DNA from: Candidatus Hermodarchaeota archaeon
GTDB lineage: Archaea; Asgardarchaeota; Thorarchaeia; Thorarchaeales; Thorarchaeaceae
Length of the DNA stretch: 64,000 nucleotides
Direction of reading: 5' to 3'
Assembly: GCA_048885865.1 (NCBI GenBank)
Contig: JBHLLF010000004.1
Coordinates: forward strand, 64,001 to 128,000
Shown: positions 48,264-58,179 of the stretch, in pieces
Position numbering within the stretch: the stretch's first letter is position 1
Layout of the letters: every line of letters starts with the position of its first letter
Position numbers and translations under genes: made by a program
The notes under the pieces: model-generated
What the model saw: the letters and a program-made list of their open reading frames with translations, nothing else
The model's database searches: none
Told to the model about the DNA's origin: nothing

Positions 48264-48373
48264 TTCCTCATAAACAAGTCGTCTATTGGTATATCAGTTG
48301 AATGTGCCAGAGAAAGAGAGTATGACCCCACATGAAGCCATTTGCCTGCATGCACAGGCGTATCCTGTGGGGC

Positions 48374-48628
48374 TTATACCGGGACTCTGCCGTGCCTAAG
48401 AAAGACCGCTCTGGCCCGCTCATTGTCAGCAATATATAGGGGCTGACGCATGTCACTCAGATTGGGAATTCTGCGACATAGCTGTCCCTTTCGCAAATGG
48501 CGTAGGGCAAAGGAAACCGTCCTAAGTGGAAGGTTGGCCTTCTTGCTTATCACTTTAGGCGAGTGGGGGCCTCTCTTTGTAAGAAAATCGAGTACTATCA
48601 GCGCACTCATAGGCAACTCCATAGTCAT
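48374..48628 (-). CDS. Small winged-HTH protein
   Basis: LPMSALIVL..LPLRTVSFALRHL..PNLSDMRQ.LY. Confidence 0.8.
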   Translation of the reverse strand: MTMELPMSALIVLDFLTKRGPHSPKVISKKANLPLRTVSFALRHLRKGQLCRRIPNLSDMRQPLYIADNERARAVFLRHGRVPV

Positions 48629-48647
48629 TTTTTAACCACCTTTCACT

Positions 48648-49151
48648 TTATGATGTATACTTGAATGGGGAGATGACAGAACTCTCAGCACTCCATGGAA
48701 CACATTCAGAAGGAGGAGAAAGTAATTCGAAGAATTCCTGACGGGGGGATTCCTGAAGGTCTCTAGACGCTGTCCAGAGACATTCTTGTCCGATTAACTC
48801 AAGAGTGAATCCTTCATCCTGGAGAAGTGTCATATAACGAAGATGCTCAATAACTTGATCTGCAAGCACCTTTGTGTCTGCTTCTTTCAAATCATCCTTT
48901 TCGCGAATACCTGTTGACACCTTTGTGCTTCGCGCAGGAAGTGACAGTTCAACCTCGATTGAAACCAGATTAGCAGGATCTTGACGCTGAATCACGAGGA
49001 TACGAACCCATTCAGACTGACAGAGTATAGCCACTGATTCACCATGCTCGTTGAATCTCAGCTCCTTTATTGGAGTCGCAAGGATTTGCTCGTATCTCTT
49101 GTTCAATTCTGAGGGGTCTGTCATCTCTTTTCCCGTTACAAGATAACTCAT
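48648..49151 (-). CDS. Hypothetical protein
   Basis: Globular ORF co-oriented with neighbours. Confidence 0.7.
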   Translation of the reverse strand: MSYLVTGKEMTDPSELNKRYEQILATPIKELRFNEHGESVAILCQSEWVRILVIQRQDPANLVSIEVELSLPARSTKVSTGIREKDDLKEADTKVLADQVIEHLRYMTLLQDEGFTLELIGQECLWTASRDLQESPRQEFFELLSPPSECVPWSAESSVISPFKYTS

Positions 49152-49251
49152 GGAAAGAATATCTATGCTCGGGAGATGTGGGATTCCTGTTTGTGCGTGC
49201 CAGCATATGAAAAAAGCAAGAATCCGAATTCGCTGGTTCGGAAATAGGCAA

Positions 49252-49818
49252 TTAGACTATATCCTTGATGATGGTGTTGTCTTGAATTGTCCCCCACGCA
49301 CAGAATCTCAGTCTTTGCCATCTGGAGAACACATCATCGGCTCCTAGGAGATCTGCAAAATGCATTGAAAGAACTAGTCCATGAGAGATGAGGAGCCCCT
49401 CTCTGAAACTGCCCTCGTTTGTTATTCGCTCTAGTCCTGATTGAAAGCGGTTCAAGGCCTGCTCTCCCGATTCCCAGCCAGGTACTTTAATCGATTCTTT
49501 CAGAGTCCGCTCCACGGAATGCAGGTATTCCGTGTTGGAGAGAAGTTCCTTTCCTCTGTCAAGCTCCCTAAGCTCAGAATATTCCAGAATCTCAATTCCG
49601 AGTCTATCAGCAAAAGGGCGTGCTGTCTGTAATGCTTTGCCTTCAGTAGACGAAAAGATGCAATCGACAGAATCAAAGATGCCCGCTGAGGCAAGCGACT
49701 CAGCCTGGTGAAGGCCTTCCTTGGTGAGCAGCCAATCAGAGGCTTGAACTTTATGGTCAACCGCTGTTTCAGCATGCCTCATTAGATGTAGGATTTGAGT
49801 CATGATAGGTGTCATCAA
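49252..49818 (-). CDS. Histidine phosphatase family protein
   Basis: RHAET, SS..KA.QTA, LRE, SHG. Confidence 0.88.
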   Translation of the reverse strand: MMTPIMTQILHLMRHAETAVDHKVQASDWLLTKEGLHQAESLASAGIFDSVDCIFSSTEGKALQTARPFADRLGIEILEYSELRELDRGKELLSNTEYLHSVERTLKESIKVPGWESGEQALNRFQSGLERITNEGSFREGLLISHGLVLSMHFADLLGADDVFSRWQRLRFCAWGTIQDNTIIKDIV

Positions 49819-49915
49819 GGCATCGGCAAAGCCGCCAAATGATTGTATCGTTCACCTTTGGATTTATCATTTGGATTGATTGAAGAAAGGCTTTGACTGA
49901 TACGGAGGTGATAGG

Positions 49916-50287
49916 ATGGCCGGAATCATATTCTTTCGAACCAAAGATCTTGATACAATAATTCAGTTCTATACAGAAAGACTGGGGATGATTGTCTGGC
50001 TTGAGCAGAAAGGGTGCACGATTCTGAATCATGGCAATCTTCTGCTCGGATTCTGCCAAAAGGACGTGTGTGAATCCGAAGGTGTGATCACTTTCTTTGT
50101 AGAAGATAAAGAAGAAATAGACACAATATACAATGATCTTCAGGACATTGCTACAACATTACCGGTGGAAAATCATCTGTATAAGATATACCAATTCTAT
50201 GCCTTGGATCCAGAGGGTAGGACCTTAGAGTTTCAATCGTTCCTGCATGAGCTAGAACCGATTAATGTTGAGCAATTCCTGCATTAA
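49916..50287 (+). CDS. VOC/glyoxalase family protein
   Basis: FYTERLGM, FYALDPEGRTLEFQ. Confidence 0.9.
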   Translation: MAGIIFFRTKDLDTIIQFYTERLGMIVWLEQKGCTILNHGNLLLGFCQKDVCESEGVITFFVEDKEEIDTIYNDLQDIATTLPVENHLYKIYQFYALDPEGRTLEFQSFLHELEPINVEQFLH

Positions 50288-50301
50288 TTATCGGAAAATG
50301 T

Positions 50302-50895
50302 CTAGAGAGCAACAAAGGCACTTGTGGCACTATCCCAGCCAAGATTCTTTGCCTTCTTGAAGGCCTCACTGGATTCCTTATGCTTCCCAAGAAGCCAAAG
50401 AACAAGCCGTAGTTTATTCCAAAGGTCGGGATTATTTGGGTCGCCCTTGATTTCTTTTCTCACACCTTTCTCAATTTCCTTGTAGGTCTTGATCTCCATC
50501 TTGCGCTCGCTCTTAGCAGCTTCGAGAACTCCATGGATATGATCTGGCGAACGCACAAACTGGTAGGATAGAAACTCCGCAGGAGCGCCCTTTATTGCGC
50601 TATTGAGTGCGGACTGGGGAGTGTCAGCAGCTCGCCATAGTTCACCATCAACCAATTGTTTCTCACAGCCTCCTTGCATGAACTCAAGAAGTAACTCCAA
50701 ATGCGTAGTGACTGGATGGTCCTCTCCCAACAAGTGTTGAGCTTGAGACCACTCAAAATAGACTACTTCGCGACCGATATTGTCAAGAACTCTGGGAGAG
50801 CAACCTATCTTCTTCAAATCAGCGACTAGATTCTTGACTGTATACTTCTTCCTCTTCGTGAGTTTGGCAGACTTTTTCTTGGACAAGCTCCTCAC
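50302..50895 (-). CDS. Protein with C-terminal TPR-like repeat
   Basis: DPNNPDLWNKL..LGKHKESSEAFKKA. Confidence 0.75.
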   Translation of the reverse strand: MRSLSKKKSAKLTKRKKYTVKNLVADLKKIGCSPRVLDNIGREVVYFEWSQAQHLLGEDHPVTTHLELLLEFMQGGCEKQLVDGELWRAADTPQSALNSAIKGAPAEFLSYQFVRSPDHIHGVLEAAKSERKMEIKTYKEIEKGVRKEIKGDPNNPDLWNKLRLVLWLLGKHKESSEAFKKAKNLGWDSATSAFVAL

Positions 50896-50960
50896 CTACT
50901 GAAGCACTCTATCAATTACTTCTAGGATTAGATAAATGAAATCCATATGGACTATAAACA

Positions 50961-51734
50961 CTAGAACGGCAACTGAAACAGCATCCATAATGGAAGTGGA
51001 ACAAAAAACTTAACGTAGATACCACCCATTAGCACGAAAAGTGATACAAGTAGGACCGCCCAGTCCCTTCTTCTGAATCTCAATAGCTCCATATATGTTC
51101 GGTTCCCACTTGCTCCGAATCCCCTCGATTCCATACTCTCAGCCACAGACAATGCTCTTCTTATTGAAACAATAATCAGGGGAACAATGATTGGTACTAT
51201 ATTGCGAATGCGCTTCAGAATGTTGCCTTTGTCCAATTCCACCCCACGAGCCTTCTGCGCATCCATGATTGCATAGGCTTCCTGTCCGAGGGTAGGAACA
51301 TACCGCATCGCCATACTCATAGCAAATGCGAACTCGAATCGAACCCGCATCTGAATAAGGGATTGAGCAAGTTGGTCGGGATGCACTGTCAAAAAGAAGA
51401 TTGAGAAGGAAGTCATCAACGCAAGAAGTCTGATGGCTAATGCTATTGAATGCGAGAATGGATTTTCAACAGTTGAAAGTAGTGTGTTAAAGATGACAAT
51501 GAAGAGCAAGAGATAGGACATTCCCTTCATGCTGCGTGCCCATCTTCGGAGGGATTTAGCTGCAGCGAGAACGGGAATCATTGTCATTAGAATGATTATC
51601 AGTGGAACAATGTTCAGAAAGAGGAGAGAGATGACAGCAAGAGTGAAAGCTAACATCATTTTTGACCGTGGATCTAGATCATGGACAAGAGAAGCTTGGC
51701 GAGTATACTGAAACACTTCAAGAAATGACATCAT
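50961..51734 (-). CDS. ecfT: ECF transporter T component
   Basis: LDPRSK, RYVPT, AQKARG, MESRGF. Confidence 0.95.
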   Translation of the reverse strand: MMSFLEVFQYTRQASLVHDLDPRSKMMLAFTLAVISLLFLNIVPLIIILMTMIPVLAAAKSLRRWARSMKGMSYLLLFIVIFNTLLSTVENPFSHSIALAIRLLALMTSFSIFFLTVHPDQLAQSLIQMRVRFEFAFAMSMAMRYVPTLGQEAYAIMDAQKARGVELDKGNILKRIRNIVPIIVPLIIVSIRRALSVAESMESRGFGASGNRTYMELLRFRRRDWAVLLVSLFVLMGGIYVKFFVPLPLWMLFQLPF

Positions 51735-52558
51735 GTCGTACCTCCTAGTATCTCAGAAACCGTGTCCTCCAATTCTGATAGCAGCGATAGACGTTCAGGC
51801 ACCTGTGGAAAAACTCTATGAAGCGCTCGTGCTGCGACTGTTAGTTGTGGTGGTGTCAGAGAACAGCGCTCCAGAACATCATCGTTACTCAAGACAGCAC
51901 CGGTCGAACCGTCCGCGACAATTCTTCCCTCAGCCATTGCTATGGTTCTTGGAAAGTTTTCAATAACGAACTCAACATCATGAGTCACAACAATAACAGT
52001 GCGACCTCGTTCATTGAGGTCCATCAACATACGAGCAAGTCGTTCTTTCTGGTGTGCATCCTGTCCAATGGTTGGTTCGTCTAGTGCAAGAACTCCTGGC
52101 TCCGTCGCTAATACTGTTGCTAATGCCACACGCTTTCTCTCGCCTCCGGAAAGAGCAAAGGGAGATCTCTCTGCAAAACCCTCCAGTCCAAGATCTCGAA
52201 GTGTCTTGACACACTGTTCCTCGGCCTCCTCTGGAGTAAAGCCCAGGTTCTTCAGTCCAAATTCAATCTCTTTCTTCACACTATCAAGGAACAGCTGGTG
52301 GTCCGGGTTCTGCCAGACAAGTCCAACAGTCCTAGAGAGTTCTGCGATTGAGAGAAACTTTGCATCGACACCATCCACGATTACCCTCCCTTCCTGAGGT
52401 CGTAGAAGCCCATTCATATGCTTGATTAGAGTCGTTTTTCCTGCTCCATTAGTTCCCATAATTGCAACTCTTTCGCCCTTCTCAATCTGTAAAGAGACTC
52501 CTCGGAGAGCTGTATAGATGCCATCATAGGAGTAATGCACATCCTCCACAATTATCAA
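51731..52558 (-). CDS. ecfA2: ECF transporter ATPase
   Basis: GTNGAGKT, QNPDHQLF, LSGGE, LDEPT. Confidence 0.93.
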   Translation of the reverse strand: MIIVEDVHYSYDGIYTALRGVSLQIEKGERVAIMGTNGAGKTTLIKHMNGLLRPQEGRVIVDGVDAKFLSIAELSRTVGLVWQNPDHQLFLDSVKKEIEFGLKNLGFTPEEAEEQCVKTLRDLGLEGFAERSPFALSGGERKRVALATVLATEPGVLALDEPTIGQDAHQKERLARMLMDLNERGRTVIVVTHDVEFVIENFPRTIAMAEGRIVADGSTGAVLSNDDVLERCSLTPPQLTVAARALHRVFPQVPERLSLLSELEDTVSEILGGTT

Positions 52559-53403
52559 TGATGGCGCACCTCCCCGACTAACGCTGCAAGCTCTTCACCA
52601 GTGAGAGGAACTCGGCCTAATTCTATGCCCTTAGCCTGAAGTCGCCTGTACACCTGAGTTGCTTTTGGAATCCCTATTCCAATCTCCATTGAGATGTCCA
52701 TAGGCAGAATATCTCGCGGTGGTCCATCAGCCACAATTTGCCCCTTATCCATCAGGATTACTCTAGATGCATCCTTAGCCACCAGGTCAAGTCTATGCTC
52801 CACGAGAAGGACTGTCATTCCATTTCGTTTGTTAAGCTCTGCAATGATATCTAGTATCAGTTCAGCACTCTTTGGATCCAGATTTGAAGTTGGCTCATCA
52901 GCCACTAACACTTTGGGCTTGAGAGCCAATGTTGCAGCCATAGCGAGTCGCTGCTGTTCGCCTCCGCTCATCTCATGTGGATGTTTCTCTCGTAGATGTT
53001 CAAGATTCAGAAGGTCAATAATCTCCTCGACACGCGTTCTGACCTCCTGTGGAGACACACCAAGATTCTCGGGTCCAAATGCAATCTCCTTCTCCACATT
53101 CAGTGTGACTAGCTGGTTGGCTGGATTTTGAAAAACCAAGCCTACTGTTGAGGCCAGTTGAGCAACAGTTGCTTCGCGTGTGTTTTGCCCGTCCACGTAC
53201 ACATTACCTGCAATATATCCTCGATGAAAATGCGGCACCAGCCCGTTGATAGCTCGACACAGAGTAGTTTTGCCACATCCAGATGGCCCCGTTATAACAA
53301 CATATTCCCCTTCATTGACTGATGCATTCACCTTACGCAGAGCAAGGAAATCAGCTCCCAGATATTTAAAGCTGAAATCCGCGAACTCGACCAAGGCCAT
53401 CAA
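52555..53403 (-). CDS. ecfA1: ECF transporter ATPase
   Basis: GPSGCGKT, FQNP, MSGGEQQR, DEPT. Confidence 0.93.
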   Translation of the reverse strand: MMALVEFADFSFKYLGADFLALRKVNASVNEGEYVVITGPSGCGKTTLCRAINGLVPHFHRGYIAGNVYVDGQNTREATVAQLASTVGLVFQNPANQLVTLNVEKEIAFGPENLGVSPQEVRTRVEEIIDLLNLEHLREKHPHEMSGGEQQRLAMAATLALKPKVLVADEPTSNLDPKSAELILDIIAELNKRNGMTVLLVEHRLDLVAKDASRVILMDKGQIVADGPPRDILPMDISMEIGIGIPKATQVYRRLQAKGIELGRVPLTGEELAALVGEVRHH

Positions 53404-53413
53404 CCAACGCCTC

Positions 53414-54412
53414 CTAGCTAGCCTTCACTCCTACGCTTTTCTCTATTGCCAATCGGAGAAGCTCAAGTGCCTTTACCAGCCCCTTACTTCGATTCTTTGT
53501 ACCATTTGCCCCTGCTGCATTGACGTGGCCTCCACCCTCACCCCCGATGATTGACCCGATAGGCTCCATTACATCTGTCCCCAAGTTGACACCGGTCTCT
53601 GAGGAGAATTGTCGACTACTTCGAGAGCTGAATCTAACGACTCCCTTGGAGGTCTTTCCTGCAACAATGGCAACATCCGCACCAATTTCAATCAAAGCTC
53701 TACATGCGCTTGCCTCATAGGCTCCTATCTTGGAAACGGCAACTATCCAACCACCCATATCATGAATCTGCAGTCGTCCAGCAGCTTTCAGTCTAGCGAT
53801 TCTCTCAGATCGGTCTGGCTTGATTACCAAGGCTCTTACGCACAAGTCATAGTCAGCCCCAGCATCCATGAGCTTCATAGCCAATTGAAAAGACTCACGT
53901 CCTGAGTGGAAGAAACGACGAGTATCAAAAATCATGCCAGCAAGAAGGAGATTGGCTACACTGGGCGAGAGTGGGATTCCTAGGTCATCATATAGGCCAA
54001 TGACAAGCTCACATGTGGATGAGGCATTACTATCCACAATCTGGTGCATCGCTATTGATGACAGCTCCGGATTCTCTTCATGGTGGTCAATAGCAAGGGT
54101 TCTCGAGGGGTCAGTAAGAAGGGTTCTCACACGAGGACCCAGCTGAAATTCACTATTTGTATCCAAGAGAATAACAAGATCATGAGGGCCCTCTGAATAA
54201 TCAAAAAAAGGAACATCAAGTGAGAAACGACTCAACACCTGATTGGACAAGCGGCTAACGTCATCACACACAAGTGTCACGTTACCATCCGGGCGAATTG
54301 CGAGGTAGAGGTTTCTTACTGCAACCATGGAACAAACAGCATCAGGATCTGCATTCTGATGACCCAGTATTAGGGGGTTCGATGACTCAGCAAGAAGAGA
54401 TCTGAATCTCAA
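53414..54412 (-). CDS. DHH/DHHA1 phosphoesterase (NrnA-like)
   Basis: HQNADPDA, IDHH, DT, GGGH..AAG. Confidence 0.93.
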   Translation of the reverse strand: MRFRSLLAESSNPLILGHQNADPDAVCSMVAVRNLYLAIRPDGNVTLVCDDVSRLSNQVLSRFSLDVPFFDYSEGPHDLVILLDTNSEFQLGPRVRTLLTDPSRTLAIDHHEENPELSSIAMHQIVDSNASSTCELVIGLYDDLGIPLSPSVANLLLAGMIFDTRRFFHSGRESFQLAMKLMDAGADYDLCVRALVIKPDRSERIARLKAAGRLQIHDMGGWIVAVSKIGAYEASACRALIEIGADVAIVAGKTSKGVVRFSSRSSRQFSSETGVNLGTDVMEPIGSIIGGEGGGHVNAAGANGTKNRSKGLVKALELLRLAIEKSVGVKAS

Positions 54413-54720
54413 TTGGTCTTCAGCTCCTTCAGGCGCTTTTCCAACCACTCAGTACCATATCGCGTTGCATCATCCAGAATCTCGTCTAGTTGATTTCCAG
54501 TGTCGTAGCTCTGCTCCAAATCTATCTGAATATCAACATCAAGCTCTTCATCAAAGTCTAGAATGCAACTAACAGAGAGTTCTGCCACGCTCTTCTTGGG
54601 AATCTTGCCAAGAATGAATTTGATTAGCTCGTCCTCACACTCCTCAGCGAGACTCTCTATCTGCTGATCATCAAGATTGGGCAATCCAATCTCAGTTGGT
54701 GTGGGACACATGTGATTCAC
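54409..54720 (-). CDS. DUF3194 family protein
   Basis: Acidic small protein in the conserved position after prefoldin beta. Confidence 0.75.
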   Translation of the reverse strand: MNHMCPTPTEIGLPNLDDQQIESLAEECEDELIKFILGKIPKKSVAELSVSCILDFDEELDVDIQIDLEQSYDTGNQLDEILDDATRYGTEWLEKRLKELKTN

Positions 54721-55079
54721 TGAACCTTTAGGTTTCGCTTGGATATATCAAGCTGAATCTGCGCGTTTAGCTCTTCAATTTCCTTTCTGTCCTTTTCAGC
54801 GGCTTTCGTCTTAAGCTCAAGCCATTCCCGGAGATTAGCCACTCTATTAGTGAGCTCGTTCTGAAGCTGTGCCTTGTCAACTTTGAACATGATTTGACCT
54901 ACAGTCTTGTATGTGACTGTTTCATCAGGATACTTCTTCATCTCTTCAATAGTGGCTTCTGCCTCTCTCAATTCGGCCTGCCGTGTCTGAATTGCAGCCA
55001 TCAGCTGTTCGAGCTGTTGCTGTTTTATTACTAGCTTTCTTACCTCGTTTTCGACTTCTGGTGGAATTGGCTGTGCCAT
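54717..55079 (-). CDS. pfdB: Prefoldin beta subunit
   Basis: IPPEV, YKTVGQIM hairpin between coiled coils. Confidence 0.93.
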   Translation of the reverse strand: MAQPIPPEVENEVRKLVIKQQQLEQLMAAIQTRQAELREAEATIEEMKKYPDETVTYKTVGQIMFKVDKAQLQNELTNRVANLREWLELKTKAAEKDRKEIEELNAQIQLDISKRNLKVQ

Positions 55080-55137
55080 CTTTATCTTCTCCCTCTTAAT
55101 GTGAGGTTTACTTCGCCTGCGCCTTCTGGCAAGCGAC

Positions 55138-55401
55138 TTAAGGATTTTGGCCTAGGACAGCATCTATCGTGTCAAGACTCGCTGAAACCCATGCAATATA
55201 CGAATTCAGTGCAGCCCTCAAAGAGGTCAAGTCACCAGATGAAATTTGAATGACTAGGACTGAGCCGCGTACAATCACTTCAACACGAGCTCTATCTGAT
55301 GGAGCAGAGTGAGTTTCGGGACTTATTGCAGAACGAATTGTTTCAGCGAGCTCTTCTGATTCCATTGGGATTTCGATAACTGCCTGTCCATGCTCTATCA
55401 A
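55138..55401 (-). CDS. pcc1: KEOPS subunit Pcc1
   Basis: AISPET, DLTSLRAALNSY..W. Confidence 0.92.
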   Translation of the reverse strand: MIEHGQAVIEIPMESEELAETIRSAISPETHSAPSDRARVEVIVRGSVLVIQISSGDLTSLRAALNSYIAWVSASLDTIDAVLGQNP

Positions 55402-55961
55402 GAGATTCCCCTCCAGACTTTTGAGATTCGAATGCGTGGACCTATCTCCAGTCCATTCTGCGCATGATAAAATGTCCAAAGGAGCTTGCCTCCACTAAGG
55501 TCGGAAACTCGTATCTCGACCATGCCAGAGGCCTCTTCATCTAGAACTACAGGCTGTTGTTCGCTCTTCACGTCAATCTCAAGCATTGATGCAATAACTG
55601 ATGCAAGCTCTCGGGCATTCTTTGAACAATTCTCTTCAACGGTCACTCCAAGAATGGCATGTATTCTAGGCCCCTTATTGTCAGAAACCTCTCTTCTAAG
55701 AGCTGCACTCTCAACTTTGATTTCCAGCGCATCATCATCGTGTGGGTATAGAAACCGGATAGTCCTTGGATTGCCCTTCCAGATTGTAACGATGAGGGCG
55801 AGTCTAGCACCTGACTGTACTACTCTTGACCGTAACTCATCAAGACTCATCCCTCCTCGGTTGAACCTTTCAGTGCCGGGGAGTACAGACCAGAGATCAC
55901 GTACAAAAGAGCGAACTCGATTTGATGTTTTTCGAGATGTAGTGATCAATGCTTGGGGCAA
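55398..55961 (-). CDS. Brix-domain ribosome biogenesis protein
   Basis: ITTSRKTS.RVRSF..DL, NRG, GNP, EIGPRI. Confidence 0.92.
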   Translation of the reverse strand: MPQALITTSRKTSNRVRSFVRDLWSVLPGTERFNRGGMSLDELRSRVVQSGARLALIVTIWKGNPRTIRFLYPHDDDALEIKVESAALRREVSDNKGPRIHAILGVTVEENCSKNARELASVIASMLEIDVKSEQQPVVLDEEASGMVEIRVSDLSGGKLLWTFYHAQNGLEIGPRIRISKVWRGIS

Positions 55962-55985
55962 TGCGTTTCACTGCCCTGTGAATTG

Positions 55986-56393
55986 CTATTCACTAGCCTC
56001 AGGTTCCTCGACAGGAACATCTGAGTCCTCATCAACGGAGACCGCTACGACCGCTTCCTCCTCAATATTCGGAAGGAACTCGGAAGGATTGACAATCTCG
56101 TCTTCATCTCTTAACGCAAGAAAGTCACCCGAAACTCTCTGTGCTATGGCACGCTTAGCAGCCTTGCCTGCATCGGTAAATGGAACATATGCTCCACCAG
56201 CAAAACTCAGACCACACTTCTTGCAGCTCCACAGACCAACAGCTTCTCTGGTCAGTGCTCTTGTAGCACAGGACGGGCATCGCTGTGGGTCAGCACGACG
56301 TCTTTCGATATCAAGGACTCTGCGTCGTAGTTTTGCGCCGTACCTAGCACCAAACCTTCCAGTGCTGCCAACTTTCTTTGTCTTTTTTCCCAA
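55986..56393 (-). CDS. rpl37ae: 50S ribosomal protein eL43 (L37ae) with acidic tail
   Basis: TKKVGSTGRFGARYG, CPSC..WSCKKC, GGAY. Confidence 0.97.
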   Translation of the reverse strand: MGKKTKKVGSTGRFGARYGAKLRRRVLDIERRRADPQRCPSCATRALTREAVGLWSCKKCGLSFAGGAYVPFTDAGKAAKRAIAQRVSGDFLALRDEDEIVNPSEFLPNIEEEAVVAVSVDEDSDVPVEEPEASE

Positions 56394-56537
56394 ACCGGTA
56401 TTCTCCTGGTGTGGTCATTAGGAGCGCCGGACTTGGCGCTCCGAGTCTATCAGTCGCCCACCGACTTCACTTATTAGCATATCTATCGGTGAAGAGAATA
56501 GAAGGTGTCCCAGACTAGCTGAAACACGCATTTGCCC

Positions 56538-57374
56538 CTATTCTTCGGTCTTCATTGATTCAGTTATAAGTTCTCGAATCTCTTTTGCTCTGTCAAGAGC
56601 CATGCCCATTGAATGGTCAATCATCTCAAGAGACATAGGACCTACGCCTCCACCCTTCTGCATAGCTGTGAAATTATCGTTTTTGTCAACCGCCATGGTT
56701 AGACGGCAATCCATGACCATTTCTTCTTTGATGATAGGATCAATGACTACGTGCTCTCCAATCTTGGCGACAGTGTGTTCTATAGCCATATTCTGGAGGG
56801 GTAGAGCGAGCATCTTGCCAGTGGTTACCTCCTCACCATCTTCCAGCTTGACTTCTGGAAATCTGGTTCCTAGGAGCGCAGCATTAACTGCTATTGATGA
56901 CGCATCAATCAGATTGCCATCATATTCGAGTGTATAGACGTCTGCAAAGACCATATACACAAGTTTACCTGGCTCAATGCAAAGGGCCTTGGCATCCATT
57001 GTTTCTGACTCGCGGACTCCTCTGTCAACAACTCTTGCTAGTTCGATGGCGGGTTCCTTAGGAGGACCCAGCTCGAATAGAGGAGAAGCCATGGGTGCCA
57101 GTTCGGCTGTTACCATCGTCACACCTTCATCGGGTGTGTCTGGATAAGGTGCTCCGGTAAGTACCTTCACACCAGCAACGACAGATGTTCCGCCAATCCG
57201 TACAATTGCTGATCCTTCTGCTTTTGCAGCCACGGGATTGGGTTCGATGGTAATTTCTCGATATTCGTCAAAGGCTCGACTGTCAACCCTTTCACCCTTG
57301 TTCAGCAGGTCTGCAACATAGCCCCTGTCAATATGGCTGATAATCTCTGAACTAAAATCAGTCATTCTACTCAT
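56538..57374 (-). CDS. rrp42: Exosome subunit Rrp42
   Basis: R.DSR.FDEYR, AEGSA, PYPDTPDEG, ELARVVDRGVRES, DGNL.DA. Confidence 0.97.
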   Translation of the reverse strand: MSRMTDFSSEIISHIDRGYVADLLNKGERVDSRAFDEYREITIEPNPVAAKAEGSAIVRIGGTSVVAGVKVLTGAPYPDTPDEGVTMVTAELAPMASPLFELGPPKEPAIELARVVDRGVRESETMDAKALCIEPGKLVYMVFADVYTLEYDGNLIDASSIAVNAALLGTRFPEVKLEDGEEVTTGKMLALPLQNMAIEHTVAKIGEHVVIDPIIKEEMVMDCRLTMAVDKNDNFTAMQKGGGVGPMSLEMIDHSMGMALDRAKEIRELITESMKTEE

Positions 57375-58179
57375 CCTCCATTATCTCGGCTTCGCCAAGG
57401 TCAGTTTCAAGATCGTCGTCGTAGTCGTCCATCTCTTCATCATCGCCCTCGGGAGCCTTTTTCGAGTACGACCGCTTCAGAGCGTCTTTCTGCAGCTCAT
57501 GTAGATATTTGCAGGCGTTTATTCCCATCTGCATTGCCTCAACTAGTTCCTCACGTGTGAAGGACCCATCCTGTTGCAGTAGAGTCAATTCATGTGTACC
57601 AGGAAGAATAGCCAATGGAACATCACCCTGCCCGTATTTGTCCTCTTCATCACCAAGATCTACAATAAGTGTGCCTTCAGCTTTGCCCACGGCAACAGAA
57701 GGAACTAGAGACCTCATCGGAATTCCTGCATCAGCTAATGCAAGTGAGGCTGCGTTAATGGCTGCGCATCTTGTGCCACCATCGGCTTGGATGACTTGTA
57801 TGAATACATCAATGACAGCCTTCGGATATTGCTCCAAGAACAGCACTGGTTGCAGTGCGTTAGCAATGACCATCGAGATCTCGCGTTCTCGCCGAGATGG
57901 CGCAGGTCTCTTTCTGTCCGGAACTGAGAATGTAGCCATTCTGTAGACAACTCTGAGATATGCACGGTCATTCAACGTTAAATGTCGAGGATGTAGCTCT
58001 CTTGGACCATAGACTGCGGCTATGATATAGGTCTTGCCTTGCCTAATAGAGGCTGAACCATCAGCAGTCTTGAGCACTCCAACCTCCATTTGGATTGGCC
58101 TTAGCTCGTCTAATCTTCTGCCATCAACTCGTAAGCCCTCAGCATTAAGCAAGGAGTCAGGTTTCACTTCAGGACTCAT
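57367..58179 (-). CDS. rrp41: Exosome subunit Rrp41
   Basis: RVDGRRLDELRP, ADGSA, VYGPRE, QADGGTR, EED. Confidence 0.97.
   Translation of the reverse strand: MSPEVKPDSLLNAEGLRVDGRRLDELRPIQMEVGVLKTADGSASIRQGKTYIIAAVYGPRELHPRHLTLNDRAYLRVVYRMATFSVPDRKRPAPSRREREISMVIANALQPVLFLEQYPKAVIDVFIQVIQADGGTRCAAINAASLALADAGIPMRSLVPSVAVGKAEGTLIVDLGDEEDKYGQGDVPLAILPGTHELTLLQQDGSFTREELVEAMQMGINACKYLHELQKDALKRSYSKKAPEGDDEEMDDYDDDLETDLGEAEIMEDE

Noticed and set aside
55486-56421. 311-aa Ser-rich ORF on the + strand
   Set aside because: Antisense shadow of the Brix and L37ae genes
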